From positions 1 to 56,092 of the IMG/VR virus record IMGVR_UViG_3300027839_000010: DNA of 56,092 nucleotides. One strand, given 5' to 3'. The stretch comes from a virus. Taxonomy: Duplodnaviria; Caudoviricetes. The position numbers and the translations under genes are program-made. Of this stretch, positions 37,114 through 46,606 are shown piece by piece (the stretch's first letter is position 1; each line of letters begins with the position of its first letter). The notes beneath the pieces were generated by a model, which saw only the letters and a program-made list of their open reading frames with translations, did no database searches and had not been told where the DNA came from.

Positions 37114-38598
37114 TTATAAAGATTTTACATTCTTTGAGGAGCGAGTAGTGCGAACTCTTCTTGATGATGAAGACATAGTTCTAACTATTCGTGTATTACT
37201 TAACAAGAATTTTATATGGAATATGGCTGTTAATGTATTTGAAGCAGTTAAAACCATTTGGAATCTACCTATTGATATATCAGTAACTGCATGTCTAAGA
37301 TCAAATCTACCTGTTAAAATATCAGATATTAGGTGTCTTATTATAAACTGGTTTGTAAGAGTATTAGATAATTTTTCTCTTAGATCAAATCTGTTAGTAT
37401 CAGTTTTTGTTATTGCCTGTCTAAGATTAAATATATTTGTAAGAGTTTTAGATAACTGTGTTGCAAGACCTATTCTAATACTTAAAACATCAGTTATTGC
37501 CTGTCTTAAATCAAATCTGTTAGTTACTGTATCAGATACTGATTGTCTAATATGGAATCTAAATGTATTTGTTTTTCTTGCAAGAACTGCTACAACATCA
37601 AATAAAGATGTTAATTGAGGTATAGTTCCATTTGTTAACGTAAAGGATGTAGTTGAAAATCCAGTTGAAACGAAAGAAGGTAATCCTATAATAATTTGTC
37701 TTATATCAAACCTGGTAGTAAGAAGTCTTGTAACTATTTCTTTAAGACCTACTAATACAGTTAATGTGTCAGATACAGTTTGTCTTAATATGAATCGGTT
37801 TGTTAATGTTTTTACTGGTACTATAGTTGTTATACGGAATCTGTTAGTTAATGTTGATGTTGCTTGACCAATTAAATCAAATCTGTTTCTAAGAATGTTT
37901 GATACTGTTTGTAAAATACCTACTCTAACAGTTAATGTATCTATTATTGCACTTCTTATATCAAATAGACCACTTAATGATTCTGAAATCTGTGAAATTA
38001 AATTAAATCTACTTGTAGACGTTTCTGTAACTTTCTCTCTTATAACAAAATTAAATCTTTTAGATAAATCTGATATATTATATGAATTTGTAGTAAATGA
38101 CGTATTAATATAACTTCCTAATTTTCCAACTATAGTTCTTATATCAAATCTGTTAGTACCAGTTTTTGTTATTGCCTGTCTAAGATTAAATAAGTTTGTA
38201 ATGGTATTTGATATGGTAGTTGCAATACCTACTCTTACTGTTAATGATTTTAATATCTCTCCTACTATGGAAATATTACTTGTTAATGTACGAATAACTC
38301 CTCCTTTTAAATCAAAGCGTGAAGTAAAATGTGCATTAATATTACCAGCTCTGATAGAGAATCTGAAAGTTTTATCCGCAGTTGTTATATCAGTATTTAA
38401 GAATGTATCTGTATCAAATGAAGTAGAAGTAAATGATGTATTCTCGTGTGCTATTTGTCTAATAGAAAATCTTAATGTACCTAATCTTTCTGCAATATGT
38501 GCTCTTACATCAAATCTTTCAGTACTGGTATTTGTGACTAGTGCTCTTGTGTTAAAACTCGTGGTTGTAAATGATGTTGGTCTATATGTTCCTACCAT
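37114..38598 (-). CDS. 14-aa-repeat fibre-like structural protein
   Basis: Many LTNRFDLRQAITDT-type repeats punctuated by SFTTTSF-type motifs. Confidence 0.7.
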   Translation of the reverse strand: MVGTYRPTSFTTTSFNTRALVTNTSTERFDVRAHIAERLGTLRFSIRQIAHENTSFTSTSFDTDTFLNTDITTADKTFRFSIRAGNINAHFTSRFDLKGGVIRTLTSNISIVGEILKSLTVRVGIATTISNTITNLFNLRQAITKTGTNRFDIRTIVGKLGSYINTSFTTNSYNISDLSKRFNFVIREKVTETSTSRFNLISQISESLSGLFDIRSAIIDTLTVRVGILQTVSNILRNRFDLIGQATSTLTNRFRITTIVPVKTLTNRFILRQTVSDTLTVLVGLKEIVTRLLTTRFDIRQIIIGLPSFVSTGFSTTSFTLTNGTIPQLTSLFDVVAVLARKTNTFRFHIRQSVSDTVTNRFDLRQAITDVLSIRIGLATQLSKTLTNIFNLRQAITKTDTNRFDLREKLSNTLTNQFIIRHLISDILTGRFDLRHAVTDISIGRFQMVLTASNTLTAIFHIKFLLSNTRIVRTMSSSSRRVRTTRSSKNVKSL

Positions 38599-38654
38599 GT
38601 ATTGTGTATAAAAGTATATTATTTAAAGTAACTATTCAAATATGTGAGTTATTC

Positions 38655-39941
38655 TTATCTGACCACATCTAATCCCCTAAACAACGCCCACCATCCATCT
38701 ATCCCGTAAGGATTCTCCTCTACATATACATGGTTAAGAAATTTTAAATGGGTGTGGTTTTGTTTATAATATTCTAATAAATCTGCACCTATACCATTTT
38801 GTAATAATCCTGATTTACTTCTATATTCTTTCCAATACTCTGTATCAAGTTTCTTATTGAAAGCAAAATGTATGAATATAAAATCTCTTATTGTATCAAG
38901 ATAATTATTCACAAATATATTATATTTTTTTATTAGATTATATTGATTTTTACCATAAGTAATAATATCTATAATATCTTTAGATAATTTCAAAATTACC
39001 ATAATAGATGATGCTTCTAAAGGTTCTACAAATCCATCTGAGTTACCCAATGTTATTACGTTACCTATCCAATGTTCTTTTAACCTGCCTGATTTAAATT
39101 TAATAATTCTAGAGTTATCTATTGTGATGTCAAGTTTTGATTCTGCTTCTAACTTTGCTTCTTCATCAGTTATATGGTTTGATGAATATACATATCCACA
39201 AGCTGTTTTATCATTATGATCAATCTCCCATAACCACCCATTATTCATTGTGGTTCCTTTTGTATAAGGTCTTATAGAATTACCTAAACGTTTTTGAAAA
39301 AACAAAGCCCTGTCATTTATTAACATATTATTATATGAATACCACTCTGAATTACTGAGGATTGATTTAAACCCTGAACAATCTATGAAGTAATCTGCTT
39401 CATATTTATTATTGAGTAATTGTATTATATTGCCATCTTTTTTAATATCTGTTATTTCTTCTGAAATTATTTTAACACCTCTAATCAATAATACTTTTTC
39501 CAAGTAATCTAAGAATAAAGAATTTTCTATATGATATGCAGTTGACTCTGGATTAGGGTGTGCATTTATTTTCTCAATCATATATTTAGATAACTTACTG
39601 TTTCCATAATTACCACCCTTGAAATTAAATCCATTTGGTAGGTTACTTTTATAATCTATCACATCAAATGCATAGTCGAATGTGTAATGAAATGGTGTAT
39701 AACCAAAGTCAAGTTCTATACCATATTTTGTTATAGGTCTAACATAAAAATTAAATTCATCCATATTAATTCCACAGTGATCTCTTAATGTTTCAATAAA
39801 ACTACCTACTGTACTTTCTCCTACACCTATTGTTGATATATTAGGACTCTTAATTATTGTGATATTATAATCAGTTTTATTGCTTAACATTAATGCAGAT
39901 AAATAACCTGCTGTTCCTCCACCGACTATTATTATATTCAT
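38655..39941 (-). CDS. flavin-dependent tryptophan-halogenase-family protein
   Basis: IIIVGGGTAG, IGVGEST, TKYGI, FIDCSGF, GWLWEI and GFVEPLEAS. ATG 39941 overlaps the upstream stop. Confidence 0.9.
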   Translation of the reverse strand: MNIIIVGGGTAGYLSALMLSNKTDYNITIIKSPNISTIGVGESTVGSFIETLRDHCGINMDEFNFYVRPITKYGIELDFGYTPFHYTFDYAFDVIDYKSNLPNGFNFKGGNYGNSKLSKYMIEKINAHPNPESTAYHIENSLFLDYLEKVLLIRGVKIISEEITDIKKDGNIIQLLNNKYEADYFIDCSGFKSILSNSEWYSYNNMLINDRALFFQKRLGNSIRPYTKGTTMNNGWLWEIDHNDKTACGYVYSSNHITDEEAKLEAESKLDITIDNSRIIKFKSGRLKEHWIGNVITLGNSDGFVEPLEASSIMVILKLSKDIIDIITYGKNQYNLIKKYNIFVNNYLDTIRDFIFIHFAFNKKLDTEYWKEYRSKSGLLQNGIGADLLEYYKQNHTHLKFLNHVYVEENPYGIDGWWALFRGLDVVR

Positions 39942-40321
39942 ACATACTCTAAAATATCCCACTTTAATAAATCTTCGTTCCATAAATAATTTACATCAGT
40001 TCTAGGATAGTCTACTGGTGCTTCCCAATTACAAGTAGTTTCATTTAATATCCATGAATCATAAGGTTTAGGAGCAATAAAAGCATCTAATACTGAATCA
40101 TAACTGAAACCTATACCAGCAAAGTTTTTTCTTAAAGCCTTTGTTTGATCTTCACTAGGGGTATGTGTATTAGGAATATGATGAATACCTAAATGTGTAT
40201 TATATGATGTTTGTATCCAATTTTCAAGGTTTCCCCAATTACCATTATCTAATACTTCTTGATCAATAACTAAAACTCTAATCACTATATTGTTTTCATC
40301 AATTTCTGCAAAATGACTCAT
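39938..40321 (-). CDS. tail-fibre-associated protein of the type common in aquatic phages
   Basis: MSHFAEID, WIQTSYNT, LRKNFAGIG, DAFIAPKPYDSW and WEAP. Confidence 0.7.
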   Translation of the reverse strand: MSHFAEIDENNIVIRVLVIDQEVLDNGNWGNLENWIQTSYNTHLGIHHIPNTHTPSEDQTKALRKNFAGIGFSYDSVLDAFIAPKPYDSWILNETTCNWEAPVDYPRTDVNYLWNEDLLKWDILEYV

Positions 40322-41271
40322 TGGAATTTATACCTCAATATAACGATACCAGACCCACCTGCACCTGGGGGTGTTAAGGTTGAATTACCTACCTGTGTAG
40401 TTCCTCCAGTTCCACTTCCTGTGTTTGCATCTCCTGCACCTGAAGCACTACCACGATGACCAGCAGATCCTCCTCCATTTCCACCAGCACTAGCAGTTCC
40501 ATTCCAATGGCTTCCTCCACCTCCACCTCCACGCTGAAGAGAAGTACCATCGATTGAGGAAGTCATACCATGTCCACCCCTTCCAGATATTCCATTTCCA
40601 CCAATACCACCACTTACACCATGTTCTCCTGTTCCACCACCTCCACCACAACCAGTTGCACCACCATATACATGGCTTCCTCCACCATTATAACCTCCAT
40701 CATTAGATAAACCTCCAACTGAAGCAGATGAACCACCATATCCACCATTTCCTCCACCACTTCCTCCTGTTCTACCTTCATTCGTACCAGTTCCACCCAT
40801 TCCACCACCACCACCACCTTTGCATCTAATTACATCAGTAGTTGAAGCATCTTTAATATGTGAATCATTTCCATCAGTTCCCATAGTTCCATTTGTATTA
40901 TTTTGTGCAGCTCCAGCACCAATCGTTACAACGTAAGTTTGAGCTGTTAAATCAATAGCTGTTCCTTCATAATTTGTTTTGGCTCTTCCTGCTCCACCTC
41001 CACCCCCAACAGAATGTGCTCCACCTGCACCTCCAGATATAATAAGATATTCGGCTTCTCCTCCTTGTGAAACAACAAAATTACCTGTTGAATTAAAAGT
41101 ATGATATTTGTAATCTGTAGAACCAATTTGTGTTCCTGCATTTACAGCTCCTCCTGTTGCTATTAGGTATGAAGCTCCTGCACCAGAACTACTAACTACA
41201 CCAAAACCAATACCTGTATGAGGTTCTTTTAATTCTTTATATTTATTTATATGACTATCTAATTTTTCCAT
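40318..41271 (-). CDS. glycine-rich tail-fibre/receptor-binding domain protein
   Basis: YKYHTFNSTGNF, GGGGGAG runs, terminal GGSGIVILRY. ATG 41271 overlaps the upstream TAA. Confidence 0.75.
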   Translation of the reverse strand: MEKLDSHINKYKELKEPHTGIGFGVVSSSGAGASYLIATGGAVNAGTQIGSTDYKYHTFNSTGNFVVSQGGEAEYLIISGGAGGAHSVGGGGGAGRAKTNYEGTAIDLTAQTYVVTIGAGAAQNNTNGTMGTDGNDSHIKDASTTDVIRCKGGGGGGMGGTGTNEGRTGGSGGGNGGYGGSSASVGGLSNDGGYNGGGSHVYGGATGCGGGGGTGEHGVSGGIGGNGISGRGGHGMTSSIDGTSLQRGGGGGGSHWNGTASAGGNGGGSAGHRGSASGAGDANTGSGTGGTTQVGNSTLTPPGAGGSGIVILRYKFQ

Positions 41272-43196
41272 TATGTTAAAGCACCAATCACTTGCCATGT
41301 ATTTGTTGCAATTTTAATAGCTGTTGCAGAGTTATGTTGGGCTGTGATGATTGGAGCTGTTGCTGTTCCACCTGCACTAGCTATTGTAACACCTGATCCT
41401 TGAGCAAATGTAGTTAATCCTGCACCTATTGATATGAATGTGAGGCTACTGCCTGTTGGATATGCAACTGATGAATTTGGTGGAATTGTTAATGTTATTG
41501 CAGATCCGTTATTTAATGTTACAATTTTACCTGCATCTGCTAATACTGGAGTATAAGTTGTTCCAGTTTGTGCATTTATTGAAAATGTTAAAGTTGGATC
41601 TGGTATAGTATGACCAGAAGCCATTGTTCCTGCTGTTACCTGAGCAGCTGGTAATGCTGTACAACTACTTAATACTCCACTTGCAGGTGTTCCTAAAGCA
41701 GGTGCTACTAAAATCATTCCAGAAGCCATTGTTCCCTGAGACACCTGAGCAGCTGGTAATGCTGTACAGTTTGTTAATGCTCCTGATGCTGGTGTTCCTA
41801 AAGCAGGTGCTACTAAAATCATACCTGAAGCCATTGTTCCTTGTGCTACTTGAGCTGCTGGTAATGCAGTACAATTTGTCAATACTCCTGATGCTGGTGT
41901 TCCTAATACTGGAGCTACCATAACCATACCTGAAGCCATTGTTCCTTGTGCTACCTGAGCTGCTGGTAATGCAGTACAGTTGGTTAATGCTCCTGATGCT
42001 GGTGTTCCTAATACTGGAGTTACTAAAGTTGGACTTGATGATAATACAACATTTCCTGTTCCAGTTTTTGCTGTTACACCTGTACCACCACTTGCTACTG
42101 CTAATGTTGCAGATAGACCTGATGCATTACCTGTTAATGCTCCTGTTACATCTCCTTCTATATCTGCTACTATTACTGCTTTTGCATAACCTGTTGCAGT
42201 TTTATCTACAGTAGTTGTTGGCTCTGTTTGAAGATCTTTAAATGCTATAAATTTACCACTGTCACTTGCATCTCTGACTATTCCTGCATATTTGTCTGTA
42301 CCACCTACGTCATACAAACCATAAAATCCAACATCCACAGAATCTGCGGCATTATTTCCACTGGCTAATTTAATCAATGGATCTTCAACTGTTAATGTGG
42401 CAGTATCTACAGTTGTAGATGTTCCGTTTACTGTAAGATTTCCTGACATTGTAAGGTTTACTGCTGTTGCAGTACCTGTTAATGCAGGATCAGCTGATAA
42501 AACTGTACTTCCTGTACCTGTGCTTGATGTTACACCTGTACCTCCTTGATTAACTGCTACTGTTGTGCCTTGCCATGTACCTGATGTGATTGTACCTACA
42601 GTTGTTGCAGCTGCGGCATTAACATTTGTTGTGTCTGTTACATCTGCACTTGCTTCGATAGCGTTTAATTTAGTATGATCAGCATCTGTAAATGTGTTTG
42701 AGTCACTACCTGCTTCTACGGCAGCTACAATTTCTGCATTTGATTGGTCAGCAGTTGCACTTGCTTCTATTGCGTTTAATTTAGTATGATCTGCATCAGT
42801 GAATGTGTTTGAATCAGTACCTGCTTCCACGGCAGCTACAATCTGTGCATTAGTTTGATCTGCGGTTGCACTTGCTTCTATTGCATCTAGTTTAGTTTTG
42901 TCTGCGGCTGACATAAGTCCTGCTACAGATGAACTTGCGGCTGTTGTGCTTGCTAGTGTTATGTTTGCATCTGGTATTGTTATTACTCTTGTATTTGATG
43001 ATGTTATCCCCACCGCATCGAATCTAACTTTTTTAGAAGTATCTGCTGGGTCTACGATTAAAAGATTTTCATCTTTGATATTAATTGGATCAGTTTGTGT
43101 TTCTGCGTTAAATGTTAAAGAAATTTTATCTACGTCGTCTCCACCAAAGTGAGTGGAATCTCCTGCATCTGAATTAGTTACTTTCTTCCATACCAT
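41271..43196 (-). CDS. tail fibre protein with internal repeats
   Basis: GLMSAADKTKLD, GNLTVNGT...VEDPLIKL, 37-aa and 35-aa tandem repeats, and a C-terminal INAQTGTTYT...WQVIGAL domain. Confidence 0.85.
   Translation of the reverse strand: MVWKKVTNSDAGDSTHFGGDDVDKISLTFNAETQTDPINIKDENLLIVDPADTSKKVRFDAVGITSSNTRVITIPDANITLASTTAASSSVAGLMSAADKTKLDAIEASATADQTNAQIVAAVEAGTDSNTFTDADHTKLNAIEASATADQSNAEIVAAVEAGSDSNTFTDADHTKLNAIEASADVTDTTNVNAAAATTVGTITSGTWQGTTVAVNQGGTGVTSSTGTGSTVLSADPALTGTATAVNLTMSGNLTVNGTSTTVDTATLTVEDPLIKLASGNNAADSVDVGFYGLYDVGGTDKYAGIVRDASDSGKFIAFKDLQTEPTTTVDKTATGYAKAVIVADIEGDVTGALTGNASGLSATLAVASGGTGVTAKTGTGNVVLSSSPTLVTPVLGTPASGALTNCTALPAAQVAQGTMASGMVMVAPVLGTPASGVLTNCTALPAAQVAQGTMASGMILVAPALGTPASGALTNCTALPAAQVSQGTMASGMILVAPALGTPASGVLSSCTALPAAQVTAGTMASGHTIPDPTLTFSINAQTGTTYTPVLADAGKIVTLNNGSAITLTIPPNSSVAYPTGSSLTFISIGAGLTTFAQGSGVTIASAGGTATAPIITAQHNSATAIKIATNTWQVIGALT
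41620..42018. repeat. 105-bp coding tandem repeat, about 4 copies
   Basis: PVLGTPASGALTNCTALPAAQVAQGTMASGMVMVA units. Confidence 0.85.
42644..42896. repeat. 111-bp coding tandem repeat, about 2.3 copies
   Basis: TKLNAIEASATADQSNAEIVAAVEAGSDSNTFTDADH units. Confidence 0.85.
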
Positions 43197-43205
43197 TTAA
43201 AACAC

Positions 43206-43727
43206 CTAAGCTGCGGTGTCTCCTTGGACGGATAGTACAAATGTTACGTTGTCTACAGCAGTTGCACCTGCGGCAATAGTTCTTCTAATCCATATTGGAT
43301 AAGATACACCATAACCTAATCCAGTACCTCCACCATCAAGTGAAAGACCACTTGAATATGCTGATGGGTTTGAGAATGTTTCTCCAGTTGGTGCAGTACC
43401 TTCATCTGTTTCTGTTTCTGCTGTTCCACCTTTACCTGCACCGTCTAATGCTATTGCAATGACGTTTGCTGGGGATGAAGTATTAGTTGAAATCCAAATC
43501 TTTGCTAATTCTAATTCTAATGAAGCGTGAGTATTTTTGACGTATATACATCTGTATTCTATGTCTCCTGCTGTTGATTCTGTACCTAATGTTTTATCGA
43601 ATAAGTTGTGTAAAGAGTTATCTGTTACTTCTGTTGTTGATATTGCTCCCCCTAATGAAGCGTTTACGTTAGAATTTGAAGTTCCACCACTTAGATAGAA
43701 CTTGATGTTTGACGATGTTATAGCCAT
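43206..43727 (-). CDS. virion structural protein (tail/baseplate)
   Basis: SLGGAIS...NLFD...GDIEYRCIYVKN...PIWIRRTI; located in the tail module. Confidence 0.7.
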   Translation of the reverse strand: MAITSSNIKFYLSGGTSNSNVNASLGGAISTTEVTDNSLHNLFDKTLGTESTAGDIEYRCIYVKNTHASLELELAKIWISTNTSSPANVIAIALDGAGKGGTAETETDEGTAPTGETFSNPSAYSSGLSLDGGGTGLGYGVSYPIWIRRTIAAGATAVDNVTFVLSVQGDTAA

Positions 43728-43763
43728 ACTACAATATCTGATATTCTTACTTATAAAGATTTT

Positions 43764-45785
43764 CTACAATGTTTTACTGACATTACCGTCTTCTGTTACC
43801 TGCCTAACCTGAGCGGCAGTAAATTTATCTATATCAAATGAGTCAAATTTATGCTCTCCTGCATTAATTATAGTCCTACCTTCTGGATAAAACCATTCTA
43901 TAGACTTAATTTGTATGCTAGGATTTGATTGACCTGTAGTTATATTAATCCCTATTATATCATTCTTTACTTGTATTTCATGATTTATTCTTATAGAATT
44001 TAGTAATAATGGAGCACGTATTGAAATTCTTTCATTTGCTTCTTTATTATCATCTTTAAAATTAGTAACTATTAATGATAAATTACTAGTTCCATGAAGA
44101 CCCATAGGAGATATCTGTTTTGATTTTCTACCATATTTTGCTATACTAGATGCATCTGTGCTTGGAGCAAGATATAATGAACTGTCTGAATAAGTATATT
44201 CTATACTTACGGTACCTGATGCGGCAGAATTCAAATTTACAGTTTTAGTAAAATGATCATATGTATATGAAGGACTTCCTGAACCACTAGCTACATAATT
44301 TAAAACCGTTGTTCCATCTAAAACTCTTGTTATTACAGCTGGTTCTTTTGTTAAAACATAATCATTTGTTCCTGTTGCAGTTGGAGATTCAGTACGTGTC
44401 CTAAAAGAATCTGTTGTTTTTAAAGTTATATCATTAAGAACAGTTGAATCATCTGTTCCTGATGATGATATTTCATAACCTTTTCCATGAACAAATATGT
44501 AGTTTGTAGTAGTGTTTACTGGATCAATCATTATTACTTTTCTTGGAAGAGTGTAGAATTGATTATTATCACGAAGTAACATTACTTGTAAGTTTGCCAA
44601 AAGATTTCCATATGCTATAAAATTACCCATTGTGTTAGGAGCAGAATCCTTATCAGTTACTAAATACCCTGGATCTATAATATCTAATATCTGCTGTAAT
44701 ATTTCAGACAAACCTAAACCCATAAAAATATTATCTGATCCATTTGAAGTTGAAGATTCATCTCTTGATTCAAGAACTTGTTTACTTATAATTGTTTCAG
44801 TTAATATTTTATTTACTCCTTTACAGTGTATTCTTTTATTTTTAATTTTATTTTCTATCTTCCAAACTGTTCCTTCAAATTTCATAGTAAATGCGTGTCT
44901 AAAATGATTTAATAATATGTCAGCATCAGAATCAGATAAATTATCTTTATATATTCTTAACATTGCAAGATGTAGTTCGTCTCCAACACCGTTTCCCTGA
45001 TAATCTGCTCCAAAAAATCCGTTACTTGTAACTGTAAGATCTGTTGTATTTGTTATTGCAGTACCTTCTTCTACTCCATTTACAAATAATTGTACAAGTC
45101 CTGCGGCATTACGTCTGATTCTAACCAAAGGCATTGTTCCTTCAGTGTCAGTTGTTCCTGTAATTGTAGAGGTTGATGAAGAAGAAGTTATATGTACAAG
45201 AATATGATGACTTGCATCATATGCTATCTCTATTCCTGTTGTTGCACTTCTTTTACTAAAAATAAATTCAATATTATCTGGAACACCTGAATTTTCAAAT
45301 CTTAAAAAAATATCAAACATTCCTGAAAAATTTAATACATTAGGATTTCCAGTTACTAAATGTGTTTTGTTCGGTATTGTTACAAACTCACTATTACCAT
45401 TTATTATTAACACAACTTTATTATCTCTTGTATATTCGTTATACAATGCTCCTGAAGAAGCCGCATCATTATTATATGTATTTGTTTCATTTAATGTAGC
45501 AGTATGAGTTCCATCATTACCATCATTGTCATAACCTGACTCGTCTCTTGTACTGCCGTTAAAATTCCACAGACCTATTAACGATGTTGTATCAACATCA
45601 TCCTGAATATATTTTATAACATCTCCTTCATTGACTTCAGATGAAATAGGAATTAAAAATTCAGCAGAATCTACTGCTCTGTCTCCGTCATTCTTTACAT
45701 GAGCAGTTATAATCTTAGCAGGAAATCTTTCTGTTACCCCTCCAGAAGAATTTTTTTTTTCAACTAATAACTTTGCTTTGCTCAT
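43764..45785 (-). CDS. tail hub/baseplate protein with an inserted LamG/concanavalin-like domain
   Basis: LIGLWNFNG..RDESGYDNDG, LFVNGVEEG, MLRIY and SIAKYGRK. Confidence 0.7.
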   Translation of the reverse strand: MSKAKLLVEKKNSSGGVTERFPAKIITAHVKNDGDRAVDSAEFLIPISSEVNEGDVIKYIQDDVDTTSLIGLWNFNGSTRDESGYDNDGNDGTHTATLNETNTYNNDAASSGALYNEYTRDNKVVLIINGNSEFVTIPNKTHLVTGNPNVLNFSGMFDIFLRFENSGVPDNIEFIFSKRSATTGIEIAYDASHHILVHITSSSSTSTITGTTDTEGTMPLVRIRRNAAGLVQLFVNGVEEGTAITNTTDLTVTSNGFFGADYQGNGVGDELHLAMLRIYKDNLSDSDADILLNHFRHAFTMKFEGTVWKIENKIKNKRIHCKGVNKILTETIISKQVLESRDESSTSNGSDNIFMGLGLSEILQQILDIIDPGYLVTDKDSAPNTMGNFIAYGNLLANLQVMLLRDNNQFYTLPRKVIMIDPVNTTTNYIFVHGKGYEISSSGTDDSTVLNDITLKTTDSFRTRTESPTATGTNDYVLTKEPAVITRVLDGTTVLNYVASGSGSPSYTYDHFTKTVNLNSAASGTVSIEYTYSDSSLYLAPSTDASSIAKYGRKSKQISPMGLHGTSNLSLIVTNFKDDNKEANERISIRAPLLLNSIRINHEIQVKNDIIGINITTGQSNPSIQIKSIEWFYPEGRTIINAGEHKFDSFDIDKFTAAQVRQVTEDGNVSKTL

Positions 45786-46606
45786 GTTGCCTGACCTGTT
45801 ACAGTATTTGATACTCCTCCTACATGTGTAGTTCTACTTGCAACTTTTACAGAATAATATTTTTGGTATTCTAAATTAGTTAATATGTATTCTGTACCAG
45901 TGTTAGGATCAGTTGGTGTAACACCTAAGTTAGTCCATATAGCACTACCTTCTTTTTGATATGAAACTACAGATCCGCTTAATGTTCCATTTGAAATTGT
46001 TGCAGGATCCCATATAACTTTTATACTTGCTGTATTAACATCTGAACCGTTGTATGTTGCTCCAGATGTAACACCAACACCTGTTGGTGGTTCTGGTATT
46101 TTTGCTTCATAAGAAGTAATTACATTTCCAACAATAAATGATGCTTGAGCACTCCATGTTACAGGGGCACTACCTTGCATACTTAATGTAAATTTTGTAA
46201 AGAATCCTAACTTTTCCCATAAAACAGTAGATCCATTTTTTAATTGTATTCTATAATTATCTGCTACACTGTGTGGCTGGAAAGAACCTTCTCCTGGCTC
46301 GTTTGTAAAGTATCCTACCTGTTGTAATGCTGTTAATATATCTGAAGCTCCACCACTTTCCGTTACTGTTACTGGTGTTGATGTTTCATCTTTTATTATC
46401 CAGTTTAATGACATTGTTGCAGAGTTTCCTTCTATTTTTACTAATATGTTACTATCTGCCCCCTCTTCAGGTAGGGGCATTGGGGATACAGGAGCGTTTA
46501 AATCAATACTAAAACTGTTAACATTTTGTAATTTATATTCTTTTTTAACTGTAAATCCTGTGTCAGTTGAATTTGGAACTACTTTTTGTATGTAAATATC
46601 GGTCAT
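45782..46606 (-). CDS. distal-tail-like protein with a C-terminal FN3 domain
   Basis: PEPPTGV...SIKVIWDP...YILTNLEYQKYYSVKVAS; follows the tape measure gene. Confidence 0.7.
   Translation of the reverse strand: MTDIYIQKVVPNSTDTGFTVKKEYKLQNVNSFSIDLNAPVSPMPLPEEGADSNILVKIEGNSATMSLNWIIKDETSTPVTVTESGGASDILTALQQVGYFTNEPGEGSFQPHSVADNYRIQLKNGSTVLWEKLGFFTKFTLSMQGSAPVTWSAQASFIVGNVITSYEAKIPEPPTGVGVTSGATYNGSDVNTASIKVIWDPATISNGTLSGSVVSYQKEGSAIWTNLGVTPTDPNTGTEYILTNLEYQKYYSVKVASRTTHVGGVSNTVTGQAT

Noticed and set aside
37114-43196. Diversity-generating retroelement template/variable repeats
   Set aside because: No reverse transcriptase is present, and the repeats are in-frame tandem units with mostly synonymous, non-adenine-specific differences.
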